Assembly (NCBI GenBank): GCA_963777955.1
Contig: CAVZSQ010000013.1
Location: 32,001-96,000 of the forward strand
DNA from: Calditrichia bacterium
GTDB lineage: Bacteria; Calditrichota; Calditrichia; JAJRVZ01
Direction: 5' to 3'
Length of the DNA: 64,000 bases
Both the position numbers and the translations under genes were made by a program. The stretch's first letter is position 1, and each line of letters begins with the position of its first letter. Shown here piece by piece: positions 21,941-31,571 of this stretch. The notes beneath the pieces are model-generated. The model saw only the letters and a list, made by a program, of their open reading frames with translations. It was not told where the DNA came from and did no database searches.

Positions 21941-23332
21941 ATGCCCGGATGGTTTCTACCCTTTATTCTGTTGCTGTTCGGTGATAATCCGGATTCGTTA
22001 TCCTACCACCCGACTACACTTGTTTTTCCTACCTACCGGCACACTTATGGTATTCGAAAAGCAGGACCGACTGAACTTTTTTTATTCATGAGTTTTAAGG
22101 TAAAATTCCGGGATCCGCAGGGACTGGCTTGCGTCAGGCTCGATGCCTGGGAAGATCCTGAGAATTCCCATGATGATGATGAATTAACTGTGTACGGTGT
22201 AAATTCCGGCCAGAACAATATTATATATAATAAGTCCATGTGGGGTCTGGCGGTGTATGGACTGTCTGAAAAGGGTTTGCGCAGCCTGAAGGAGCCGCAC
22301 GGAATTTGCGCCAACAGCCGGGGTGATGTTTACGTGGCTGATTCCGGAAATAATCGACTGGTACGTTTGTTTAATCCGGCACATGAACTGCAATTCGTGG
22401 CAGCGATCGGCGCTCCGGGATCGGAACCGGGTTGTTTTAAGTATCCGCTGCAAGCCGCACTGGATTCGTACGGGAATGTTTATGTCAGCGATTCAGGAAA
22501 CAACCGTATACAGGTCTTCGATAAAGAGAACAGATTCCGTTACGCCTTTGATGCAGGCGGGTGGCTATTGAATCCCAATGGCATCGCGGTTACCGATCTG
22601 GCTGAAAAATATAAACAGTACAGCGGGGGTGAAAATTTTCTGGTAGTGATCGATTCGGCTGACCAGCGGATCAATAAATTTGATTTGCAGGGAAAATTAC
22701 TGCGTACGGTTCGCTGCCGCGATTTTGGTTATCCCCGGGCCAGGCTGGAATATGTCTGTCTGGATTATTATAACCAGATTTTAATTACCGACTCACAAAA
22801 TCATTGCGTCCATAAACTTGATCATGATCTCAATTACATTATCTCCTTCGGGCGGGCCGGCGACGATGATTTTGAATTCAACGAACCGCGGGGGATAACT
22901 ATTTATCGCCGGTTCGGCCAACTATTTGTAGCTGAAAAAAGCGGCGCCCAGTATTATTGGATCGGTACGGATTTGCAGGAGCTGATCGTGGAATCTCGAA
23001 AAGATGTAACTTCTTTATCTTTCAGGGTCTCTGAACCATCTTATGTATCTATAGATGTACTTGACCGGGACGGTAAGTTCGTCAAACGGATCCTTGATAA
23101 GAAACTCCTTTTCCCGGTAACTGAACATCATTTTAGCTGGGATGGCCGCATGGGTAAAGGACTGCCCCGCTTCTTTGAACAGATGAAATATACGCAGTCA
23201 ACCCTGGTTGGCTATGGTTTAAAGGTACCGGCAGGTAGTTATCGCTTGAGGCTGAATGCAGAACCGACTTACTCTTCACGGACTTATTTCAGCCGGCAGG
23301 AGGAACTTACTTTTAACCGTTCGGCTGAATAA
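21941..23332 (+). CDS. NHL-repeat beta-propeller protein with a C-terminal FlgD-Ig-like domain
   Basis: Repeated P.GI...G.VYVADSGNNR motifs. C-terminal YVSIDVLDRDGKFVKRI..FSWDG..GSYRL. Confidence 0.8.
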   Translation: MPGWFLPFILLLFGDNPDSLSYHPTTLVFPTYRHTYGIRKAGPTELFLFMSFKVKFRDPQGLACVRLDAWEDPENSHDDDELTVYGVNSGQNNIIYNKSMWGLAVYGLSEKGLRSLKEPHGICANSRGDVYVADSGNNRLVRLFNPAHELQFVAAIGAPGSEPGCFKYPLQAALDSYGNVYVSDSGNNRIQVFDKENRFRYAFDAGGWLLNPNGIAVTDLAEKYKQYSGGENFLVVIDSADQRINKFDLQGKLLRTVRCRDFGYPRARLEYVCLDYYNQILITDSQNHCVHKLDHDLNYIISFGRAGDDDFEFNEPRGITIYRRFGQLFVAEKSGAQYYWIGTDLQELIVESRKDVTSLSFRVSEPSYVSIDVLDRDGKFVKRILDKKLLFPVTEHHFSWDGRMGKGLPRFFEQMKYTQSTLVGYGLKVPAGSYRLRLNAEPTYSSRTYFSRQEELTFNRSAE

Positions 23333-23777
23333 TACCGAGTAAAATCTTTTTAACCGTTGATTTATCCTTGGGATTAAAATATTGAAATTCCCGGCCATGT
23401 GTTTCGTTAAAGCCTTTGGCTTTGAGGATACTGGGTTCCAGACCGTGTACAGGCATGGCGCAGATATGCAGAGGTGTCTGATACCGCTGTTCAAGATACT
23501 GTATAACCTTCACATTTTTTTCGAATATTTCAGGATTACTCAAATCGCAGATAATAATGCAGCCGACTGCATGCGGTATGATCAAATCCCACAGATAATA
23601 ATATTCCTCATTTTCCTGATTTAAAAAATAAAAATAAACACCATAGTCGGGCGGCAACTGCAGATAGCCTACATCCAATCCTTCAAATTTACGTATAGCC
23701 CGGTCGGAAAGCAGGGTAAATAATTTCTCTTTATCGTTCTTACGACTGCTGATTACGGGTATTTCCAGAATATTCAT
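23313..23777 (-). CDS. Stand-alone degenerate small GTPase-like protein (MglA/CvnD-like fold, P-loop lost)
   Basis: LDVGYLQLPPDYGVYFY..YYYLWDLIIPHAVGCIIICD..YLEQRYQTPLHIC parallels the GTPase domain of 24976..26499. The G1 position reads SSRKNDKE. Confidence 0.6.
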   Translation of the reverse strand: MNILEIPVISSRKNDKEKLFTLLSDRAIRKFEGLDVGYLQLPPDYGVYFYFLNQENEEYYYLWDLIIPHAVGCIIICDLSNPEIFEKNVKVIQYLEQRYQTPLHICAMPVHGLEPSILKAKGFNETHGREFQYFNPKDKSTVKKILLGIIQPNG

Positions 23778-24961
23778 CAGATTTTCTCTATCTTTTCCTT
23801 AAAACGAGCCAGATCAGCATTCTCTGCTATGAACAGATAATCATAGCGCAGATCTTTATCAGCTGCTAAACTTTTTTCGCTTTCACCCGCGGCTGACGTC
23901 GAAGGCGTTTTTATCAGCCTGGCGTCCTGTTTCATCGGGATTTTATGTGTCCCGCCTTCTTTACCCCGGAATAATTTCTTGAAAACGCTTTTAAACCCTG
24001 TTTCCCCCACTTCGCGCTCCTGCTCGGTCCTATAACTGTCAAATACATCGCGGTTCATCAGGTGTTGTTTTTCGATAACTCCTTTTATAATTTCGAGAAG
24101 TTTCAATTCATCCTGATCGAAAGCCGACAGGAAACCGGAAATGGTCTGTCCTCCCTGAAAGAAACGTAAATAGTTGGCCTGTTCAGTTTCCATTTGCACG
24201 ATATCTGTTTCGGGCGAAATCAGCAGCGATTCATTCAAATCCGGCAGAGTGTCTATAAGTTTATTGCGATGGTCGATATATTGGATACACTCCAGTAGAA
24301 TCTGCTGATTATCCTGTTCAAGTTTTGGTTCGTATTCTTCCCCGACAAATGATATCGTGAAATCACCCTCCAACCAGGTGACCAGTTTAAAAATCGCAGC
24401 CAGATTTTTGAATGTACGGAATTCTGCCTCACAGAGCCGTCCGTTCATAAACCAGATCCGGCCTTCATCGCGGCCGTGATACATAGTCAGGATACCAGTT
24501 TTTTTATTTTGATCCAGGGTCTGGATTAAATCCAGCAGATTATAATCTTCCAGTTTTCCCTGCATACCGGTGATTTGCTGATCCTTCTCCACCACCGTGA
24601 TGCTGCGTAAAAAACTCTCCAGTTGCAGGCGGAACTCTTCCTTGGAAACAGGCAAGAAGATTATATCCTTAACCATCGTTTTCCACAGCAGCTCACGCCG
24701 GGTCAGGTCTGTATTTGCGGTACAACAGAGTACCGGTAATTTTTTAAATTCCGGTGACCGCTGCAGATTTTGCATGATCAATTGCACATCTTCAATTTTT
24801 TCTTCAATAATTAATAAATAATCGAACATTTCCCATTCCAGAGCTTCCTGGGCAGTATGCACAGATTGGGCATATTCGAAATTTGTCAATTCCGAAGAAA
24901 AATTCATATTGAATTCATCAAAAATAGTACGATTCGAAGATATAATCAGCCCATCAGACAC
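23777..24961 (-). CDS. Pseudo-receiver + DUF4388 (PATAN-like) domain protein
   Basis: N-terminal REC-like fold (FDYLLIIEE..LPVLCCTA..DIIFLPV) without the canonical Asp and Lys. DUF4388 signature GKLEDYNLLDLIQTLDQNKKTGIL..GRIWFMNG..TWLEGDF. Confidence 0.8.
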   Translation of the reverse strand: MSDGLIISSNRTIFDEFNMNFSSELTNFEYAQSVHTAQEALEWEMFDYLLIIEEKIEDVQLIMQNLQRSPEFKKLPVLCCTANTDLTRRELLWKTMVKDIIFLPVSKEEFRLQLESFLRSITVVEKDQQITGMQGKLEDYNLLDLIQTLDQNKKTGILTMYHGRDEGRIWFMNGRLCEAEFRTFKNLAAIFKLVTWLEGDFTISFVGEEYEPKLEQDNQQILLECIQYIDHRNKLIDTLPDLNESLLISPETDIVQMETEQANYLRFFQGGQTISGFLSAFDQDELKLLEIIKGVIEKQHLMNRDVFDSYRTEQEREVGETGFKSVFKKLFRGKEGGTHKIPMKQDARLIKTPSTSAAGESEKSLAADKDLRYDYLFIAENADLARFKEKIEKI

Positions 24962-24975
24962 GAAATTTTCCTTCT

Positions 24976-26499
24976 TTATTCTTCTCCGCTGCCGCGCATG
25001 GACATTACGACATTCCGGACATTATCTTTATCGGTTACATCGCACACCAGCACGTCACGCTGAGGCGGGATAGTGAGACTGGTCCGGATCTTGCGGAGTT
25101 GATTTGAATTATTCTTATCAAGATTGGTTACCGCACAGGCCCAGGGTACACCATAGGTCTTGATCAGATAATTCATCAGGTAATTCGAATATTCCAGCGC
25201 ATCCGGTTGCTCGGCATCAATCAGGAAAATATAGCCTAGTAATCCTTCTGATAATTTTTTAATAATACCTGTCAATTTCTTATCCAGACCGATGCCGAAA
25301 ACCTGTAAGTAAAAATCTTTATCCAGTTCGACTTTAGTAAAATCAAGATCCTGGTTGGTACGAACCCCGCTGCGGCTACCCTGATTTAAAAGCCGGATAA
25401 AATCTGTTTTACCACAGTTCTTGGTACCCAGAATCAGAAGTTTCCCGCTGAATAACTCCTGCGCATTCAGTTTGGCGCGCAATTCATTCACTTCTTTGGA
25501 AGAAAGCAGGCGTTCGGCTAAACCGGTTCCTTCGTATGATTCATCGACATAAAGATCTACTATTTCCCCGGCCATTTCCCGGAATTCCAGATTATTGCTG
25601 TTCTTTAACTGGATCAATTGTCCAAGTGTATCGAGCATTTTATAAGGGCTGAAACCGATGATGGCATTAATGCTGCGGAATTCGTTCATTTTATCGATGA
25701 AATCCTTAAAGACAGGATCTTTTTCAATCTGATACAGATCCCCCTGATGCACCACCCGAATCTGTTTATTAAGTCCTCCCAATTCCTGCAGCCGGGAGAA
25801 AAATACAGTGCGTACCTGTTCGCTGTGCAGCAGCAGACAGATATTGCTTAACTGGATGCGATTCCTGACCGTTTTCACAGGTAAGGAGCGCATACTGAAC
25901 CACCCTTTATTCCAGGTCAGCATATAGAAGATCGCATCATCCCCCTTGCGATATCCGGATACGGCATGATAGATATGCCCCATATTGAAATATATTTTCC
26001 CTGAGCCGAGCGGAGTTTGAATCCGCAAAACGCCGCTGCGTTTTTCTTTACCAAAAATATTGATCAATCCGGCCAGATTAAAATCCTGTAAACTACCGCT
26101 GAAACTCGTCCCTTTCAGTTCTTCGTCGGTTTCAACTTCAGCCAGAACATTTCTGCAGAAATGAACAATATCCGCTGATTCATAGAGATCATCCAATACC
26201 CGGTAGGCACCCATGCGGTAAAAAGCCAGGCGACGGGTAGCATCAGCAGGGACTTTATACAGAACGAATTTAGTTTTTCGGGCATCCTTGAACAACGAGA
26301 TTAAAGTAGGGCGATCCGCTTTAAGAATAATATTGTAATTTATTAAGATCAGCGATATAGGAAAAGATGCAATTTTGACAGCAGCATCGGCCAGATTATC
26401 AGATACTTTTAGATCAACATCGCCAGTTTTTAACAGGCTGGTTACTTTATCTGTAAAAGTATCCTGGCTGCTAAGAATTAATATTGTTTTTAAAGCCAT
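24976..26499 (-). CDS. Pseudo-receiver + DUF4388 + C-terminal MglA/CvnD-like GTPase domain
   Basis: DUF4388 FSGSLQDFNLAGLINIFGKEKRSGVL..GKIYFNMG..TWNKGWF, then P-loop LLILGTKNCGKTDFI, LDFTKVELDKDFYLQVFG, GYIFLIDA. Confidence 0.8.
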   Translation of the reverse strand: MALKTILILSSQDTFTDKVTSLLKTGDVDLKVSDNLADAAVKIASFPISLILINYNIILKADRPTLISLFKDARKTKFVLYKVPADATRRLAFYRMGAYRVLDDLYESADIVHFCRNVLAEVETDEELKGTSFSGSLQDFNLAGLINIFGKEKRSGVLRIQTPLGSGKIYFNMGHIYHAVSGYRKGDDAIFYMLTWNKGWFSMRSLPVKTVRNRIQLSNICLLLHSEQVRTVFFSRLQELGGLNKQIRVVHQGDLYQIEKDPVFKDFIDKMNEFRSINAIIGFSPYKMLDTLGQLIQLKNSNNLEFREMAGEIVDLYVDESYEGTGLAERLLSSKEVNELRAKLNAQELFSGKLLILGTKNCGKTDFIRLLNQGSRSGVRTNQDLDFTKVELDKDFYLQVFGIGLDKKLTGIIKKLSEGLLGYIFLIDAEQPDALEYSNYLMNYLIKTYGVPWACAVTNLDKNNSNQLRKIRTSLTIPPQRDVLVCDVTDKDNVRNVVMSMRGSGEE

Positions 26500-26593
26500 C
26501 GCCCCTTATCAGCGTTTGTGCTTATATTTGATAATTTTAAATTTACCGTTCCACAAAAAATATGTCAAGTTATTTAATTATTACTGTTTATCT

Positions 26594-26710
26594 CTTAGTT
26601 CCTTAGTACCTGAGTACCTGAGTTCCTTAGAAACTTTGTCTCTTTGTCCCTACCTAGCGGTAGGTCTCCGGCCAGGCTTTGCCAGGCCTCCGATCTCTGT
26701 CTCTGTCTCG
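26594..26710. repeat. Intergenic degenerate 8-bp tandem repeat plus a small palindrome
   Basis: cttagttc-cttagtac-ctgagtac-ctgagttc-cttagaaa-ctttgtct-ctttgtcc (26594-26649), hairpin cctacc-tagc-ggtagg (26649-26664), and tctctg repeats. Confidence 0.7.
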
Positions 26711-27250
26711 CTATCTTTGTCGGTTCAAATACTGTCCAAGTGCATAATACATTATGATCCCATAAGCCACCGATACATTAAGGGATTGTTTAAGGCCATA
26801 CATGGGTATTTCGATGGCAGCATCCGCCGTGGCAATCAATTCTTCAGATAATCCATCCACTTCATTTCCCAGCAGCAGACAGAACGGAAAATTAAATTTA
26901 AAATCGTAATATATTTTGCTGGAAGAAGTATGTTCCAGAGCTACGACAGCGATTTTTTCTTTCTTCAACTCCGTGATAATCTGTACAGGATTTTTAGCAT
27001 AAATCCACTCCACGGTATCCGTGGCCCCTAGTGCTGTCTTTTCAATTTCCCTGCGGGGCGGTGATCCAGTGTAACCGGTTAAATATAATTTCCTTAACAT
27101 CACCGCATCGGAGGTGCGAAAGACACTGCCGACATTGTATAAACTGCGGACATTTTCCAGCAGACAGTACATGGGATTTCTGGGCAGGTCTTCCAGCTGA
27201 ACCAGAGTAGGCCTGCGGGCAAAAATCTCCTGGTAGGTCAATTTCCGCAT
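26711..27250 (-). CDS. SpoU/TrmH-family RNA methyltransferase
   Basis: LENVRSLYNVGSVFRTSDA, LLGNEVDG, EIPMYGLKQSLNVSVA. Confidence 0.92.
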   Translation of the reverse strand: MRKLTYQEIFARRPTLVQLEDLPRNPMYCLLENVRSLYNVGSVFRTSDAVMLRKLYLTGYTGSPPRREIEKTALGATDTVEWIYAKNPVQIITELKKEKIAVVALEHTSSSKIYYDFKFNFPFCLLLGNEVDGLSEELIATADAAIEIPMYGLKQSLNVSVAYGIIMYYALGQYLNRQR

Positions 27251-28654
27251 TTATCTGCTCACTAATTCAGATACAGTTTCAATATGGAAAGTATGGGGAA
27301 ACATATCTACCGGCTGAACACGTTTTAACCGGTAGTTTTGAGTCAACTGTTTAATATCCCTGGCCATGGTGGCGGGATTACAGGAAACATAAATGATTTT
27401 CTTGGCAGCGCAACCGTTTAAAAAATCACATATCCTGGAATGCATCCCTGAGCGGGGCGGATCGGTTATCACCACCTGCGGCAGTTCTCTGACCTGCTTC
27501 AGGCTTGACAGTATATCACCGCTGATAAAACTGGTATTGGTCAGGCCGTTTTGTGCACTGTTATAGATGGCATCCTGAACGGCACTTTGTATCAGTTCAA
27601 AACCGATCACCCGCTCCACGTGTCTGGCCAGCAGCGAGGCGATTGTACCGGTACCGGAATAAAGATCCCAGACCAGTCCGCGGTTATCTAAATCAGCAAA
27701 CTCTATTACTGTATTATATAACGCCCGGGCCTGGTAGGAATTAGTCTGAAAAAAAGAATGAGCCGAGATTTTGAAGATCAGACCGTTGATCTTCTCGACA
27801 AGATGATCTTTACCGGCAATGACTATAGTCTCTTCACCGTAAGCGATCTGGGCCGGACGCGTATTAATCGTGTTTACGACTGAAGTTATTTGCGGGATAT
27901 CAGCCATAAGTTCGCCAGCCAGGGATTTTAATCGTTCCGGCGATCTGGTACTGGTCACCACTACCACCATAATTTCGTTTGTAGATATACTATGCCGGAT
28001 AACCAAAAAACGCAGATATCCTTCATGGGATTTATCACTATAGGCCGGTAATTTTTCACGGACACAAAAATTATCGACAATTCTTAAAACCTTATTGGCA
28101 CAGTCATTTTGCAGCAGGCAATGATCCACTTTCAGAATTTTATCATATGTGCCGGTCACATGTAAGCCCAGAACATACTGATCGTCCTTATTCTCCAGGG
28201 TCTTTTCTGCAGCGGTAAACCAGCGCCGGTCCGAGAAAGAAAATTCCATTTTATTTCTGTAACCCCAGACCGGTTCTGCCGGTACAGGATCTTTAATTTC
28301 ATAATCTTCGATTCCGGCCAGTTGTTTCAGACTCTCCCGGACATGTTCTTTCTTAAATTTTAACTGATCAGTATAAGATAAATTCTGCCAGGTGCAACCG
28401 CCGCATTCGCCGAAATATGGACAGGGTGCTGCAATACGCAACGGCGAGGATTTTATAATTTCAAGTAATTTAGCCTCTGCGTAATTTGGCCGGCGTTTGA
28501 CAATCCTTGCTTTAACCCGGTCTCCGGGCAGCGTCCGCCCGACAAAAATCACATATTCATCCAAACGGGTCAAACCCTTGCCACCGAAAGCCAGTTTTTC
28601 GATCTCCAGTTCCATTTCCTGATTTTTGGAAACGGGATATTTATTTGTGTTCAA
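27251..28654 (-). CDS. rlmD: 23S rRNA (uracil-C5)-methyltransferase
   Basis: TRAM domain, CPYFGECGGC Fe-S motif, YRNKMEF, SFFQTN, DLYSGTGTI, DPPRSG, YVSCNPATMARD, DMFPHTFHIE. Confidence 0.93.
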   Translation of the reverse strand: MNTNKYPVSKNQEMELEIEKLAFGGKGLTRLDEYVIFVGRTLPGDRVKARIVKRRPNYAEAKLLEIIKSSPLRIAAPCPYFGECGGCTWQNLSYTDQLKFKKEHVRESLKQLAGIEDYEIKDPVPAEPVWGYRNKMEFSFSDRRWFTAAEKTLENKDDQYVLGLHVTGTYDKILKVDHCLLQNDCANKVLRIVDNFCVREKLPAYSDKSHEGYLRFLVIRHSISTNEIMVVVVTSTRSPERLKSLAGELMADIPQITSVVNTINTRPAQIAYGEETIVIAGKDHLVEKINGLIFKISAHSFFQTNSYQARALYNTVIEFADLDNRGLVWDLYSGTGTIASLLARHVERVIGFELIQSAVQDAIYNSAQNGLTNTSFISGDILSSLKQVRELPQVVITDPPRSGMHSRICDFLNGCAAKKIIYVSCNPATMARDIKQLTQNYRLKRVQPVDMFPHTFHIETVSELVSR

Positions 28655-30072
28655 TTTAAATCCTTCAATACCTGTTTTAAACTCAAGCCAAAGTCCGAGT
28701 CAGCGAAAGGGGCTAAATGCCTGCGGCTGGCATCATTCAATAAATGAGAAAATGACCGTAATTTATTAAACATCTCGTAATCAGCTTCCGAGCGCTGCAG
28801 GGGAAAGATGGTTTTATTGGTCAGCAGCGGATCGATATCCTCCGTGATCAAGCCGGCCGAACAGGCCCGTTTAAAATCCAGAGTGTGGGGGATTGGTGAA
28901 TAAGAAGCCAGTCGCAACCTGATGCCCAGATTATTTACGAAGATCATGCTGGCTAATATTTCCGCCAGTGATTGGCCTGGCAAGCCCATGATCACATAGG
29001 CTTCCAGTTCATACCGTTGAAAACCTGCCCTGACCAGATTTTCTACTGCCCGGATCATACCCTGCCTGGAAATCTTATGAAACATATCCTGCTGCCGCTG
29101 TTCATTCACCGTCTCAAAACTGAGACATATAGTTTTAAATCCTGAACGGAACATCAATTCAGCTAATTCTGCATCCAGATCGTTGGCGAACAGGCCGTTG
29201 GGTGCATGAAAACGCAGAGGCAATCGTCTTTCAATTATTTTTTGCAATATGATCTTGATATGCTTATCCGGTTTAATGAAAAGTGCGTCATCGTAAAAAG
29301 CAAAGTCGCGGATATTGAACGTTTTTAAATGATAGGCCAGTTCTTCTACCACCTGTTCCGGCCGGCGCTGGGTAAACGGCATCGCTACTAATTTCTGGGC
29401 ACAGAAAGAACAGTTGTAGGGACAACCCCGGGCCGTCAGGATGACTAGATAATCAGGATGCGCGATTAAATCAAAAGCCGGATAAGGATAATCATCCAGA
29501 GCGGCCGGCAGAACAAATGATTCGAGATCAAGAGAAAATAAATCTGCCAGCAATTTCAGCACAGTGATTTCTCCCGGGCCGGTTAGAACGTAATCAGGTC
29601 GTACGACCTGCCGGGCATGATCGGGTAAAAGGGTTGCATATACCCCACCCAGAATGATCGGCACATCGGGATATATGCTGCGCAGAATTTCTACCACCCG
29701 CTTGGGTCCCAGGTACCAGTAAGTCATCATCGAGGTGATCAGTATTGCATCCGGTTTCGCACGATCCCTGATTGCTTGCATAAATGCCGCTTCACTTATT
29801 CCGTACCGGGCAAAATGCCGGGGAATTTTACTTAATACCGGCGGTTTATCGATTATTTCACGGTGGAAATGACCGCGGCCGAACTTCCTGATCCTGGGCT
29901 TTTTTTCCTGCTGATACTTGTCCAGGCAATCGATATAGGAAATTTTGAATCCCTGTTGACGCAGGAAAGCAGCCAGATAAAGCAAACCCAGAGGTTTACT
30001 CCACAGGTCATAGGCGGTAAAATCATAAATCCAGGGATTAATCAGCAGCAGGTGTTTATCTGAAGACGACAT
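28651..30072 (-). CDS. B12-binding radical SAM protein
   Basis: N-terminal LLLINP..KPLGLLYLAA..ILGGVYATL, radical SAM RGCPYNCSFC, YVIMGLPGQ. Confidence 0.88.
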   Translation of the reverse strand: MSSSDKHLLLINPWIYDFTAYDLWSKPLGLLYLAAFLRQQGFKISYIDCLDKYQQEKKPRIRKFGRGHFHREIIDKPPVLSKIPRHFARYGISEAAFMQAIRDRAKPDAILITSMMTYWYLGPKRVVEILRSIYPDVPIILGGVYATLLPDHARQVVRPDYVLTGPGEITVLKLLADLFSLDLESFVLPAALDDYPYPAFDLIAHPDYLVILTARGCPYNCSFCAQKLVAMPFTQRRPEQVVEELAYHLKTFNIRDFAFYDDALFIKPDKHIKIILQKIIERRLPLRFHAPNGLFANDLDAELAELMFRSGFKTICLSFETVNEQRQQDMFHKISRQGMIRAVENLVRAGFQRYELEAYVIMGLPGQSLAEILASMIFVNNLGIRLRLASYSPIPHTLDFKRACSAGLITEDIDPLLTNKTIFPLQRSEADYEMFNKLRSFSHLLNDASRRHLAPFADSDFGLSLKQVLKDLN

Positions 30073-30097
30073 ACTGTTGGCAGAACATTAGCAAGGA

Positions 30098-31297
30098 TTA
30101 TGGCAGATCAGATTTTTCATCCGGATTTTCAATATTTTCTTCGCTGGTATCGGTTTTTTTCTTGCTCGTTTTCTTCGGTTTTGCCGCTTTACCAATTTTG
30201 AGTTCCTGAGCCGTTAACCGCTCCGGATGCAGGACCGGATGGATTATATCAACATGATAACGATTGACGATATCCACCCAGTGGTCTATTTCCTCTTTAA
30301 CAAAACGAATGGTTCCTTTTTCGGGATCAAAATAGCAGGGGAGTTCCTCATTGAAAGCACGCTTGGTCAGATCGAAGGGGCGGTCGTAACCTAAATACCG
30401 CGAAGCAGTAGCGGCATTCCACATTTTTGATTCATCTTCCGCATAGCCGGGTAACTTGTACTCCCAGGTACGTTTTAAATACTCACGCAGCCATTCCTCG
30501 TCGGTTTCCCTGATAGTATCCAGAATGGGCAGATACTGTTTACCCTGCAAGTAAGCTATCTGTGCCTGGCCGATCTTTACCAGCAGGTCATTCTCATTCA
30601 TAGCCTTCATTTTTTGGAAGACGGCGGTCGCTTCGCTGTAGCGATGTAATTTTATGTAGGCATGAGCCAGTTCATTCAGCCCCTGCATCGATTGCTCGGT
30701 TTCGGCATAGCGTTCATAATACGGCAGTGCTTCTTCAGCCCGGTGGCTTTTCAGCAGTGCTTCCGCCATATATTTATTGGCCAGCGGATGAGCCGGAGAA
30801 AAATTCAGAGCCTGGGTTAAATCATCAATAGCCGCCTGCCATAAATCCCCGTTCATCTTGTTAACACCGCGATTCAGATGTACATAAAATTTGGACTGAT
30901 CATCCAATGACTCATATTCATAATCGTTGTAATAAAAATCCATACTGCGGCTGCTAATCATGCGCACACGGCCGCGGGAATGTTTATTAGTATTGAATTC
31001 CTTTAAAATCTTGTTTAAAAACACATTCAGTTTTCGCTGTACTTCAGCCTCATTGGTTATCCGTACCGCCGGTTCCGATCCGTCTTTTACACCGTTAGTG
31101 AAAATTTCCTTGGCTTTATATACAACCTTATTTAAAAAATCATTAACCATGTTTTGCGGTGCATTGATGCGCATGTCAACCATGTGCCGCCCATACCCCC
31201 GGTCGGTAAAAAAGGAATAAGAAAGCGTTAAGCGATTTTCCTGATAAGACCACTTTTTTAAATATGTTGACAATAGATGTAAATTACCAGATTCCAT
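30098..31297 (-). CDS. TPR-repeat protein with a C-terminal HTH_17/excisionase-like DNA-binding motif
   Basis: TPRs (AAIDDLTQALNFSPAHPLANKYMAEALL..AEEALPYYERY; LAHAYIKLHRYSEATAVFQK). C-terminal MWNAATASRYLGY..ELPCY..GTIRFVKEEIDHWV. Confidence 0.65.
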   Translation of the reverse strand: MESGNLHLLSTYLKKWSYQENRLTLSYSFFTDRGYGRHMVDMRINAPQNMVNDFLNKVVYKAKEIFTNGVKDGSEPAVRITNEAEVQRKLNVFLNKILKEFNTNKHSRGRVRMISSRSMDFYYNDYEYESLDDQSKFYVHLNRGVNKMNGDLWQAAIDDLTQALNFSPAHPLANKYMAEALLKSHRAEEALPYYERYAETEQSMQGLNELAHAYIKLHRYSEATAVFQKMKAMNENDLLVKIGQAQIAYLQGKQYLPILDTIRETDEEWLREYLKRTWEYKLPGYAEDESKMWNAATASRYLGYDRPFDLTKRAFNEELPCYFDPEKGTIRFVKEEIDHWVDIVNRYHVDIIHPVLHPERLTAQELKIGKAAKPKKTSKKKTDTSEENIENPDEKSDLP

Positions 31298-31348
31298 GTA
31301 TACTAATCTCCAATTTCCTGAATTTATTTAACTTAGCACAAAACAAGA

Positions 31349-31364
31349 TGTGTCACTAGTCACA
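31349..31364. promoter_or_regulatory. CRP/FNR-like palindromic site upstream of the TPR-HTH gene
   Basis: TGTGT-CACTAG-TCACA, one mismatch to TGTGA-N6-TCACA, about 50 bp upstream of the start at 31297. Confidence 0.3.
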
Positions 31365-31571
31365 ATTGATAATGAGCATTCCATAATTAGACGCTGAATT
31401 ATACTTAAAAATTCTATCATCGATGAAAAATCAACACATTTTTTACATGAAAAAATTGATTGAATAAAAAATGAAGTCTTTAAACTGATTTTAGACGTTA
31501 CAATGACCTATCACCGTGAGACATAGGAATATAGCTATTTCAAACTTTTTTGTCAAGGTGATTTATCAAAT

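Noticed and set aside
26375..26851. 158-aa plus-strand ORF spanning the tandem repeats
   Set aside because: It overlaps two real minus-strand genes, and its low-complexity sequence comes from the repeats.
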